Below are positions 51,528 through 63,962 of a stretch of DNA of 64,000 bases, one piece after another. A program made the translations under genes and the position numbers. Positions within the stretch are counted from its first letter, which is position 1; each line of letters starts with the position of its first letter. The notes under the pieces are model-generated. The model was given only the letters and a program-made list of their open reading frames with translations. It made no database searches and was not told the DNA's origin. Source of the stretch: Octopus bimaculoides (Eukaryota); assembly GCF_001194135.2 (NCBI RefSeq), contig NC_068983.1, positions 79,904,578 through 79,968,577 of the forward strand. The letters are read 5' to 3'.

Positions 51528-54500
51528 TACATTCATATGGGGGACAAATTTTCAATTTTGTTATGATAAGATAGAAAGATGTTTCTATATTATTGAATAT
51601 AAGTATGCATAAGCAGTGAATTATGTTTGACATGTCATTAAATAGCTTACATTGAAATAATATTATGCTATTTTTGTGGTATGTAACTGGAACTTAAAAA
51701 CTGCATTAAACTAAGAAAATGCTCAGCTTTTGGCAACATTGATTCTGAATGTAAATGAGAAGAGATGGAACAATATAACAATGTGTAATGATTTAAAACT
51801 TATGAAATATGCTGAAAGATAGCCATATTACAATAAAGACAAGCAAAATATTCCTCGAGGGTATATTTATGGATATATTTAAAGTAAAAGCCTAAAAATT
51901 ATTTCCTAAGGCTTCTGCATATTGTTCACTTAAAAGGAACCTAAATTCTTGACAGTTTAGCAATTTCTCTAATCTGATGCCATTAAAGAAAGATTTGAGG
52001 ACTTCGTTATAAGCTTATTTCATTTTTACATATGCAGTCATTAAAAAGAAATAAACATTTGCTTAAGTAAATACATTAGCCAACCATTTTCATCAGGAAA
52101 ACAAAAACAAAATGTTCATCTGTTGGTAACAATTTATGCTTGTCACCTGGTAGCTCTTTCATAATGTTTTCCATTTTTGTTAATCATTCTGAATTGTGTA
52201 TTATTTGATTAATGAAGCTGAATTATCTAGAACTGTAAAACTCATTGCCCATTATTATGAATTTAATAATCTTTTCATAAATCTATCATGTACTTCAATT
52301 ATTTATGCAGCTGAATATGGTTAATGAATGATTTATTAAATCTCTTTTTTTTAAAAGTAGATAATGCTTGCACATATTTCATTTGCATTCAGAACATATT
52401 CTTTATTCTTGTTCTTATTAGTGTGATAGATAATGAAATATCACCACTTTGTCATTATGTTCGTCTCATTTAGTAGATTTTCATCATAAATTCTTTCAAT
52501 ATAGCTTTAAAAAAATCTATATTTTTTGAATAACTTACATTGCTTACTGTATATTTTTGTGAAGAAGCCATTGTACTAACATTCTATACTCATAATATAC
52601 AAGACTATTCCTGTAAACCTTCTGCTCAGATTTACTTTTTCTCATACATAATCTATTCTGAGAATCAACCCCCTCTAGCATTTTCATTGTAACTAGCATC
52701 CAATTTTTCAAGCTTCATGTTAACTTGTGTAATCTAAAATATACAATCTTTCTCAACTTAACTGAGAAAAGCCTGTGAGCTATAGCCACCCACTTAAACA
52801 TAACAATTAAAAACATTATCCATGTCTAATTAACACTCATGCCATGTTACATCAGGAATTTTGCAAGTTGGACATAATGAGAATTCTTTCTCATTTCAAT
52901 TAAAGCTAAACAGATAAACCACATTTTTCTTTTTTTTGGTGGAGGGGTTGTTTAGTGATTTACCAGATTATATGATTATGTAATAGCATCTTAGTCATAT
53001 AATTATTAATATAACTGTATATATTTTACTACTAAGACAGTGATCAAGGACTAAATATCCTTATTTAATATATGTTTGATACAGTTTTTGGACTATATCA
53101 AGCAAATTATCAAATTAGTAGAGGGTATACTTAGCTCATTTAAAGAATTCCCAAATGTGAGATGTTGAGTGCACTTCTTTGCACTTAAATTCACACTTTA
53201 ATATATCACTGTTTCCTTTTCCTTAATTAAGAAACTTTAATTCTAATTTGCCTTCAAAGTCATTTCTGCTAAATTAGTAAATTATTCTGTATATTTAATT
53301 AAAGTTACTATTTTTACCAACAGATGGCCACATTTATTGCACATGAAAATGTTGCTGGTTTAAGCAGAAAGTGATTCATAGTTCCCAGTCTTTAATAAAA
53401 CTCATGAAAGTGAGGCTTTGTGTCTGCTTGAAAGAAAAACCGTTATGGCATATTTTTTCTCATTTTTTAAGTTTCATTTTATCTTTTAATATAAAGAAAT
53501 TTCATGTAATAATATGATAGATGTATGGTCATCAAGTAGGATTCAATAGATTGGCCAAAAAATAAAAAGTTTTTGTTCTAAGCACACAAGAAGCAAAAGA
53601 AAGACATGGCCATATCCTTGGATACTAGTTGCTCTATGTTTGAATCCTAAGGATGTAAAAAACATTGCAGTGTAAAAGATGTGTGTTTTATATAGAATGC
53701 TTATGAACATTTTTACGTATACGTAAACCACTACTCTCTGCAGAATTGTTTCCACTATTTGTATACCAATATAGAATATACAAAGCATCCCAAAGCTATC
53801 ATTTATGATTTTGTAGGACTTGTTCATATAAAGAGTATGACTGCATGTTGTGTATGTTATGTTTACAATGAGTAGTGATGTGTTTTTGAAAAAAAAATGT
53901 GTATCTTGCTATTGTTCACCATAACTATATTGTCTACATTTCATGTTTATATATTTTAAATATCTCCTCTTATAAAGGATTTACTCACCAAATGACTAGT
54001 ATCAATGGTGTCTAATGTATGGAAAGTGCAATAAACAAACTGCGTGATATTGCAGCTGCATCAGTGTTGTAGTTTGATTGGTCACTTTGTAATAAAAAAA
54101 TTCTGTTTACATTGTCTTAAAATTCTTCACTTGTGATTATGATAATTATTTTTCACATAAAAATCATCATCTTTGGGTCAAGCTTGCTCAGAATTGCATG
54201 AACCTGATCCTCATCCCATCTCTATCTTCCATTGCATGTGATAGATCCTCTAGATTACATCATTTGTTTATAGACAGACATGTTTTTTATGAGCCATCAT
54301 TGTGATTTCAAAGTGTTACTAATCAGTTCCTCCTTAGCAGTACCCGGCAAAGTGGACTTTTTTTTCTCTAATGGTGTCTGTATTTTAGGAAGCTTTTTGT
54401 ATATTATTTCTGTTTGGAAGCTCAATAAAACCAGTAAATCCTATGACATACTATGGAGTCAACATAGAGAGACAAATATTAAGCTATGTATCAGCAACAT

Positions 54501-54649
54501 GTGGACAGTAATTAAATGTCTCAATGTAATTATAGAATTCAAAGCTCTCAGTGAAATCAAGAAAGGAACATCTTCCATGCAGTGTTTAAATCTGTTACTT
54601 TGAGACTCTTACATTTGGGCCATATAAAAAATACCTATAGCTATGCTGG

Positions 54650-54651
54650 AT

Positions 54652-54682
<31 letters not shown>

Positions 54683-54699
54683 GCACACACATTCACTCA

Positions 54700-54737
<38 letters not shown>

Positions 54738-54760
54738 CACACACACATGCACACATACAT
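54650..54760. repeat. (CA)n microsatellite
   Basis: Directly visible. Confidence 0.97.
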
Positions 54761-55859
54761 TTTCGGTGTTATGAAGTAATGTCTTACCAATTTTTCTAAA
54801 ACTCTTGTGCAGGAATTTAAAACTCCTGAAGCTTCATAGAGTGAACCCTTCCATAAATATAGATCTAATGAAATACACTGTCCTTGTGTTTTAAATTAAT
54901 TTTAAGATAATTAAGGATTTGAAGACCTTTAGTAAATAGCTTACTGTTGTTATTATCAACTTAATGTGGTTTGGCAGAATAATAAGATTCATCAGGCAAA
55001 ATACCATGAAGGAAGTCTCCCATCCTTACAGAGTCGAAAAAATAAAGTGCCAATCAAGTACTAGAATTGATTTAAATTAACTGCTGATTTTGCATAGTAC
55101 TGCAGGATCAAGTTCTCACTCAAATGTGGGACTGTAACAGGTTAAGTGGCATATCATTTAAATTACGCAGCTACCACATCAATATTATTGATCTAGAGTA
55201 TGTTATATTGCTGCTAACACAAAACATGCATATATACACATACATGCTACCATTCATTCAAACACTCTATAAAAAACAAAGTGGACTCCTTTTTTTTTTA
55301 ATACAAAAGAAATAATTAAGTTAGTGCTCGAAACATAACTTTACAAAATGGTCTTAGACAAAATTATGATGGGAGGCTTTTAATTTAAATATGAACACTT
55401 TAAATCAAGAGGATTTGTATCATAGAACAAGAGGTGGTCTTAGGCAGGTTGCTATCAAAAGTTGAGGAGTTTAAATGTCTTTATTCTTTTAATTAGTGGT
55501 TTTTCCATATCTTTCAGTTATTTGCCACATTTTTTCTGTTCATTTAAAAAATTTCTCTTCTTTTTTAAATTTTCACAACTTGAAAATAAAACAATGTATC
55601 AGTAAAATATACAAATATAAAATTTTGAAATACCTTATTAGTGTGAGTGGTTGACCGTTAATTTCAATGGAAGCTGTCAGAGTACATTGTTAAATCCTTC
55701 ACTCAAAATCTTAATTCCTTTAAGCCAAAGTTATCCACCATTGCCAGACTTTCAAGAAATTACATTCTTCCTTATTTATACTGGTTTCACTCATTAGACT
55801 ATCACAAATCTGGGACACAGTCTTCTAGGATACAGTTGATTAAATGGACCACAGTATGG

Positions 55860-56030
55860 ATTTTATCAACTAGTACTTATTTTATCCAGTAACCTTATTT
55901 TATCAATTAGTATTTATTTTATCAACTCAGAAAAATCAAAGGCAAAGTGGATCTGCATGGGATTCGAACTCAGAACATAAAGGATGGTACCAAATACTAC
56001 AAAACACTTATCTGACCATCTACCATTTCA
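55860..56030 (-). mobile_element. SINE family B-like copy
   Basis: 'tagtacttattt', 'aaaggcaaagtggatc', 'ttcgaactcagaacataaag'. Confidence 0.65.
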
Positions 56031-56746
56031 CATCTAGGGCATTAAGTGTGTACATTTTATATATCATTACTACAAAATGCTTAAAATCTGCTAATTTTCC
56101 AGGGGAGTACTGATGACTATAATGCTTTCTCATTATATTGAATATCGTCTATAATATCCTGTAATTTTTTTTTTTTAATCGAAATCAATTAGATTTTGCT
56201 TTCAACCTGCCTGAAGTATTGATTTAGTTGATGATTTTTCATGTTTCTGAAGCAATTTACACATGGGTTTATGTATTTTCCAATAAACTAGTATGATAAA
56301 TAGTGCACTTTATTAAGGTTGACTACATTAGACAATATCGATAGATTTATTGTGATGAAAGAAGTCATACTTGTATCTTTAAGCATTTATTGATGTAACA
56401 GTTTATATCTGGGAGTTTCTATTGGAGTATCTTCATCAGTAGTCATGACGACCGTAAGTATTCCGCTTGATGAAACTTGTAGTTAGTTGAGCTGTAATGA
56501 ACTCAGCGTTTTTTTTTAGTGGATACACTACTGGCAAAACTTTTATTCTGTAATGAAGCTGTAAATGTCAGCAATTTTCTTTCCCATAGATTATTGAGTA
56601 AAACCTTAGTAATCTGGTGTTTGACTGAAGAGACATCAACTCACCTGATATCGGTATGTTTTATATAATGTGCTTTAATATGTACTTCTAACGTTTAGTT
56701 ATATAATATGTTTATATTAGTAAAACAATTTATTTTCTCTCTTTTA

Positions 56747-56792
<46 letters not shown>

Positions 56793-56855
56793 NNNNNNNN
56801 NNNNNNNNNNNNNNNNNNNNNNNNNNNNNNNNNNNNNNNNNNNNNNNNNNNNNNN
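56793..56855. other. Assembly gap (N run) inside (TA)n
   Basis: N run. Confidence 1.
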
Positions 56856-57359
56856 ATATATCAATAAACTTATTCTCTGATTTTGTGATTTTTCTAGTTA
56901 TTCTGAAATGTTGTTTATTCTCTGTGTCTTATTTTTATCAGTAAATATATTTTGTTTAACAGAGTAGCTAAGGTTATATAGACTAATAATTCCTTACCTT
57001 TCTTTCATCTTATATGCACACACACACACACACATGTATTTCTTAAGGTGAACAAAAGTTCAGGAATTCAACCCCATTTTGAATAATTATATAACAGGGA
57101 CCAAAACATAAATAATGACAAAACTCAGAATTAGTTGCTTGTTTAATATAACCTTGACTATATCTACTCTTAATTTGAAGGGTTTTAATGTACTAGTATG
57201 TTAGTGCTCTTCATTTCTCTGATATGATGTTTAAAAGAAAATTAATTTTCAAGAAGAATTTTTGAAATAGTCAATGCTTAATTTTCGTGTGGTGAAAGTT
57301 CCTTGTAAAATAGTATTTTTCTCACACATAGTATGTATTATTTCGTTATTTTTGTTAGC

Positions 57360-59195
57360 CACTAATAACCTATCAATCAGGTGACTCTGCTAGCCAGATT
57401 GATTTCATTTTCACCAAACAGTGGGATGCATGGTTGCTCTTAAATACAAAGGCCCTCCCTGGTGAAGAATGTATCCCCCAACATAGACTAGTTATTAATG
57501 ACTTTAGACTCAAGGCTAGAAGGATGCCCAAAACCAGACCAATCTGGAAAAGAAGGACTTGGGAGCTTAGGAAACCTTCACATGTTCAGAGATTTGGGGG
57601 TATCCTTACCGAGAAATTTGATAGTAGAGTGGAGGAGCTTCATTCATGTGGCATAGAAGGCAGCTGGAAATTCCTGCGAGACAGTTTGCTGAGTACCACA
57701 GATGAAATCTGCAGCTGGTGCAAAGTTCCTTCCAGACCTAGGGTAACATGGTGGTGGCGCAATACTGTAGACAGGGCCATTAGAGCAAAGAAACAGACTT
57801 GGAATTCCTGGAAGAGTTGGGGTAGTAGGAGAATTATCAGATAGCCAAAAGGGAAGCTAAGAGACAGGTATATATAGCCAAGAGAGTAGCAGAAAAGAAA
57901 AAGTTTGCCAATGTTCACTGACTTGAGGACCAAAGAACTGAAGTATTTCGGATTACAAGACAGTGTGTGAGAAAAAACCGTGATATCATAGGTTAGTAAG
58001 AGTTGTACAAGCCCTGTACAGGGATTCTGTCAGTAAGGTGAAGGTTGGCAACAAGTATAGTGAAGTATTCTGGGTAGAAGTAGAAGTTCACCAAGGATCA
58101 GTCCTCATCCCACTCTTATTCATTATAGTCCTCCAATCAATAACAGAGGGATTCAAGACAGACTGCCCTTGGCAGCTCCTCTATGCTGATGACCTTGCTC
58201 TAATAGCCAAGTCACTGCCAGAACTGGAGACAAAGTTTAGGGTGTGGAAGCAAGATATAGAATCGAAGGGCCTTAGGGTTAACCTAACAAAAACCGAAGT
58301 CTTAGTAAGTAGGAAGGCTGTCAATCACAACCCCCTTCAGATAGATGGCCCTGCTTGATCTGTAGAAAAGGCGTGGGTAGAAACTCCATATGATGTAGCC
58401 TGTGTAAGCTATGGACACATAAAAGGCGCAGCAATATCAAAGGAAGGTTAATTGGGAAAATAGTTTTTGTGTGTGGTAGTTGCACTGGAGCAATAAACAC
58501 TGAAGATGTACAGAAAACAGATTCTATCACATGCCAGGAGGAGAAACTAGAAGTAGTTAATAGCTTCTGCTATGTTGGCAACCAAGTCTGTAGTGGGGGC
58601 AGTTGCTCTGAGAGTGTAGCGACTAGAGTAAGAATAACCGGGGCAAAGTTCAGGGAGCTCCTACCTCTGCTGGCAACTAAGGGCCTCTCGCTCAGGATGA
58701 AAGGTAGACTATGATTCATGTGTGTGAACTTCCATGCTACACAGCAGTGAAACATGGGCCATGAATGCTGAGGACATGCATAGATTTGAAAGAAATCAAG
58801 CTAGTATGATCCGCTGGATGTGTAATGTCAGTGTGCACACACGACAGAGTGTAAGCACCCTGAGAGAAAAGTTAGGCATAAGAAGCTTCAAATGTGGTGT
58901 GCAAGAGAGGTGACTGCACTAGTATGACCATGTGTTACGTATGATTGAAGACAGTTGTATGAGGAAGTGCCACTCCCTAACTGTAGATGGATCGTGTGGA
59001 AGAGGTAGACCCGGTGGCATGTAAAAAGCACCCACTACACTCTCAGAGTGGTTGGCATTAGGAAGAGCATCCTGCTGTAGAAGCATTGCCAGACCAGTTT
59101 GGAGCCTGGTGTAGCTGCTGGCCCTACAGACCACAGTCAAACCGTCCAGCCCATGCCAACATGGAAGACTGACATTAAATGATGATGATGATGAT
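57360..59195 (+). mobile_element. RTE LINE copy: end of AP-endonuclease, linker, RT C-terminal half, PHD-like insert and tail; internally deleted
   Basis: LITYQSGDSASQIDFI..QHRLV (APE end), WWW linker, VHQGSVLIPLLF, LLYADDLAL, GLRVNLTKT, C4HC3 block, LEVVNSFCYVG, KFRELLPLL, (GAT)n tail at 59180-59195. RT motifs 0-3 are missing at about 57990. Confidence 0.95.
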
Positions 59196-59199
59196 ATTT

Positions 59200-60720
59200 A
59201 GGTGGACGTTATGAATTTGTAGAAATCAATAATAAAGGGTTTCTTCCAGAAAATATGTCATGATCAAAATTCAATTTCAACATCAACGTTAAATTTATCA
59301 TCAGCCTCATTTTCATTACCTTCTGTCTCAATTACATTATTGTCTGTTTCAGTTTTATCATCATCAAGTTTAATTCCATCATTGTTAACTTAAGTGTCGT
59401 CACTGTAAGATGTAGCGGTTTTGTTTGTTATTTTTTTTTTTCTAATGAGCAAACATTGATATTAGTAATTACTTGTCACAAAATTGTGAAAGAATGTTAA
59501 CATTAAAATGCTTTTGTTAAGATTACAATTTTTGTATAATAAAGATTGTTGTACCATATACATTACCATCAATGCACATACATTTATCTTAGATGTAAAA
59601 CTACATACTATATTATATGCATGTATAACATGACAATTTCTAGCACAATTATCTTTGGTAATCAGAGCCAACTCAGTATCATCAATATATTTAGCTTAAC
59701 AATATTCTTTACTTCACAAGTCCTCAGGTAATTCTCTCATTTACTAAGCATATTTTCAATGGAAGTGAACTGGAGTGTTTATGGACATAAGAATCATACT
59801 TCAGAGTATTTTGAAGTAATTAACTCTAAAACATCTCTGTTTTTATGAAAAAGAATGTTGTCCAAATCAGTGTACACTTCTAGCATTTTTCTTTGATCCT
59901 ATTAAGAAACATCAATAAAATCATAAAAGTTAAAGTAGTTGAAGGCATGATTTCTCTGTTTATTGTATATTTCCCCATTTTTGTTCAGTATATATTTTGG
60001 AAATGCACTCAGAAGATTGTCCAGTTTTTGCTCTATCATATTTAGATCTTGTGCAAATGTTGAACCCAGCTTCATCGTTAAGAAAAAAAACTTTCCTCTC
60101 AGATTTCCTATCAAAAGAACTTGAAAATCTTTGGCATAACTTATTCTCTACTTCACACTTCTTGAATGTGTAATGGAGACTTTTAACACATTATCAACAA
60201 TTATTTTTGACAACTTTACATTAAATTGCTCAAAATTTATTGGACAACATTTTAAAATATATATGGAATTTTTCATTGACTGAGATTTGTAGAAAATTTT
60301 AAATTTCTTCCAAAATTTTAGTGTTTCAAAAAAAACCTCCTTGATTCTTTTGGTTGAAACAACCTTTCTGTTTGTATATTTGAATAGTAGTTTCAACACT
60401 TGTCTGAGGATCTAGTACAGAGGTAATTTCAGTTACAGTACAACCTTTATCATAATTAGGCACAATTATTCTTCTAACTTCATTTGAAATTCTATTCCTC
60501 TGGTTGACCATGATGAGTGATGAACAATACCACTAATAAACATTAAATTTAAGTTGATATTAATGAAATTAAAGTTAATGTTGAAATCAAGGTTGATGAT
60601 AACTAAATTGAGATAGATGACAACATAATTAAGACTGAAGATAACAGAATTGAGGCTAATGATGATGAATTTGAGGTTGGTAGTGACGAATTTGAGTGGG
60701 AAACCCCATGAGTTACAGAA
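59200..60720 (-). mobile_element. Decayed IS630/Gambol-like (DD34E) DNA transposon
   Basis: Minus strand: HTH-like MVNQRNRISNEVRRIIV (60511), FLNDEAGFNI, LDNILFHK, FLCP*TLQFTSIENMLSK; 34 codons between the second D and the E. Flanked by inverted 21-bp arrays. True termini not resolved. Confidence 0.8.
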
Positions 60721-61539
60721 ACTAAAGAGAAATTCTCAGGTTTTACATTTCCATCTGAATTTTATGATTATAATATTTCATATTGATGGTTACATGGTTA
60801 TATGATTAACTGAGACCTTATACATTATTACATCTAATATAAATTTGTCTGATTATAAGACATGATATGATACTAACCTAGTGAATTAATTTTTATATCC
60901 ATTTGTCATCGCTTATAAACCCTCTGAATAATATCTGTTATAATTATCTTTAGGAGTTTCTGGAAAAATTATGAATATATTACAATAAGTTGTTTGAATA
61001 TTGTTATAGAGATAATTGAATTTTCATGCATATGATAATTTACAAGATCTTATGTTAGTCATTATTATCAGGAAGATAAAATTCATTGCTACTGGTATTA
61101 CATTACAATGAATGACTCAATAACCAGAATAGAATATCACAAATTTAAAGTGATACTTAATGTTTGAAAAGTTTCATCCTTTGGTATGTAAACAGAATCC
61201 TAAAAGAAAGTATTTTTAGAAATTTAAAAAAAGATTATTACCATTAACTAACAAGTATGATTCTAATCATTCATACATAGAACCACATATTCTTTTGTTA
61301 ACATTATGTTAAGCTTTTTGATATTCTTCGTATGATAAGTAATTCAAAGAAACTGCTTTTCAATTAATTTTGCTTGTATAGAGAATTCCTTGTTGATTTC
61401 AGCTACCCAAATTGTGTAACAAAGAAAAAGAACATTGTTAAAATTTTAGATATACCATGTCTTAAGATTAGTATGGAGGATTCATTAATCAGCAAAAAGA
61501 CTTTGTAGTAGTGAATGTTATAGAGGTATTTTTCATATA

Positions 61540-61723
61540 TATTTTGGGGAGGAGGCCAGTCAATTAGATCAACTCCAGTATGAAACTGGTACTTAATTTA
61601 TCGACCTCGAAAGGATGAAAGGCAAAGTTGACCTCGGTGGAATTTGAACTCAGAACATAAAGATAGACAATATACTGCTAAGTATTTCGCCTGGTGTGCT
61701 AATATTTCTGCTAGCTCACTGCC
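61540..61723 (-). mobile_element. SINE family B
   Basis: 'tcgacctcgaaaggatgaaaggcaaagttgacctcggtggaatttgaactcagaac...ctgctagctcactgcc'. Confidence 0.88.
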
Positions 61724-62414
61724 TTAATTTCCAAACCATATATCAAAATATCAAAATACACCTCATATTTCAATCCAAGCAATAGATGAGAGCAGACAGC
61801 ATTGAGAAATTATGCTACTGCAAAATATTAGTTCCATAAGTGTACAAAATGCATATACTTATAGAAAATAGAATGAAACAAGTCAAAGTTGAGGTTTAAC
61901 TCTGCTTCTGCTCTGTTCTCTATTTCTTGTGTCTGCTTCAAGGTGATTCAGCCAAGAAATTTAGTATAGCAAAAGAGTGAAGCTTCAAATGAATAAACAA
62001 ATCTGTTATATATGAATTGAATTTTTTTTTATCTCTTATTTGTACATCCAAATACATATATTGAAATTCATCAATATATACATTCGTTTACTTTGAGCCT
62101 GCTAAAATGCATACATGTTTACAGTTATATAAGCTGTAAGCATTTACTTTAAATCCAAAATAAAGAAAAGAATTGCTTTCTTGGAGTTAAAACAATTTTC
62201 AATGCAATCCTTAGATCAAAGCCTTTTAGCCTTAACATATTGTGAAAAAAATTAAGATCCTAAAGTTTTATTTAGAAGGAAAATATTATTCCTAAAGCTT
62301 TTTTTCTTTTTCTCCCCCATAAATATTATCTACATTTGCCTGCTTTAGATTTACTGAAATATGTTTCGTATTTGACCTAACATTTTCATCATATGTATGT
62401 ATATATATATATAT

Positions 62415-63078
62415 ATATGGGATGAGGTGGTGAAGCATGACCTTTGAACATTGGGCCTCACAGAGGCAATGACAGGAGACTGAGACCTTTGGGGATATGC
62501 TGTGATTGAGAAGACCTGGCAACTAAAGTAAGATCACAACCATGGCCAATGCCAATGTTGCATGTCCAGCTATTTAAAAGTACCCTTGAGGCATCGGGTG
62601 ATATGATATACTTGAGAAGACCTATTGAGTCAAGTAAAACCAAAATTGTAGCTGTGGCCTGTTCCCCCAGACTTCCTCCCATGCCGGTGGCATGTCAAAT
62701 GCACCATCTAAAAGTGGTCGATACCAGTGCTGCCTGACTGACTCCTGTGCCAGTGGCACGTAAAAAGCACCATCCAAACATGGCTGATGCCAGTACCCAC
62801 TGACTGGCTCCTGTGCCGGTGGCACATAAAAAGCACTATCTGAATGTGACCGATACCAGGTCCACCTGACTGGCTCCTGTGCTGGTGGCATGTAAAAAAC
62901 ACCTACTATACTCTCAGAGTGGTTGGCATTAGGAAGGGCATCCATCTGTAGAAACATTGCCAGATCAGATTGGAGCCTGGTGCAGCCACTGGCTTTTCAG
63001 ACTTCAGTCAAACCGTCCAACCCATGCCAGCATGGGAAACGGATGTTTAACAATGATGATGATGATGATGATGATGAT
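62415..63078 (+). mobile_element. RTE LINE 3' end with 66-bp tandem units and (GAT)n tail
   Basis: WDEVVKHDL*TLGLTEAM..DLW.YAV.EKT (ORF2 end), unit cores at 62686, 62752, 62818 and 62884, then the shared tail. Confidence 0.92.
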
Positions 63079-63779
63079 ATATATAATATATTGTTCTCAC
63101 TGCATCACATTTCTCCCAGGCATTGATTTAACTTTTCTTAATGGTTCATAAAATTGTATGAAAAAAAAAACAATGTATATTACCTTGTCTTTCTTTTATC
63201 TGTCTCTTTTCTCTTTATGCACATTTTTCAAGAATGAATTTCAGCTATGAAAAATACCTCTATAACATTCACTATTACAAAGTCTTTTTGATGATTAATG
63301 AATCTCCCATACTAATCTTAAGACAAGGTATATCTAAAATTTTAGCAATGTTCGTTTTTGCTACACAATTTGGGTTGCTGAAATCAACAAGGAATTCTCT
63401 ATACAACAATTCAGTCTTCTAGAAATAGCAACCAAATAAGATTGTTTGAAAACACTTGCCCAAAGTATCCACAAGGTAGGATTAAACCTGGAACATTGTG
63501 ACTCTGAAGCAGATGTGTGTGTTACACAGTTCAGCATGTTAAGATTGGCGGAATATTGTACTCTTTCCCCCACTTCTCTCTCCTACTTCTTTTTGTCTAG
63601 AAAAAATTATGGTAGCACCAGGAAAAGAATGAAAAGGATAGGTTCCACCAGATTTCAAATGTCCAGGACAGGCAACATGTCATGGGCATGCTTCTACAAC
63701 TCCATTAGTTATTTAGGGATCAAGGCAGTAAGATTACACATATGCATATATGAGTGTGTGTGTGTAAATAGATAGACAG

Positions 63780-63962
63780 ATAGATATGGCTGTATGGTTA
63801 AGAAGTTCACTTCCCAACCAAGTGGTTTCAGGTTCAATCCCACCCTGCTGCACTCTGTGATAGTGTCCTCTACTTTAGTCTCAAGCTAACCAACACCTTG
63901 TGAGTGATAGGTGGAAACTTTTGTAGGCCTTATTATATGTGTTTGTGTGTGAGAGAGAGAGA
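63780..63962 (+). mobile_element. SINE family A head and body, then (TG)/(GA)n
   Basis: 'atggctgtatggttaagaagttcacttcccaacc..ggttcaatccc..ctactttagtctcaagctaaccaacaccttgtgagtg'. Confidence 0.78.

Larger units (their letters stand above)
61381..63399. mobile_element. Candidate long-TIR non-autonomous element (~155-bp inverted arms) with nested retroelements
   Basis: 61381-61537 is the reverse complement of 63246-63399, with about 9 substitutions and one 3-bp indel. Both outer ends read TATA|GAGAATTCC. Confidence 0.7.

Noticed and set aside
62680-62905. Repeat-spacer look of the 66-bp array (CRISPR-like)
   Set aside because: The linkers resemble each other, the array sits inside a LINE 3' UTR, there are no cas genes, and the context is eukaryotic.
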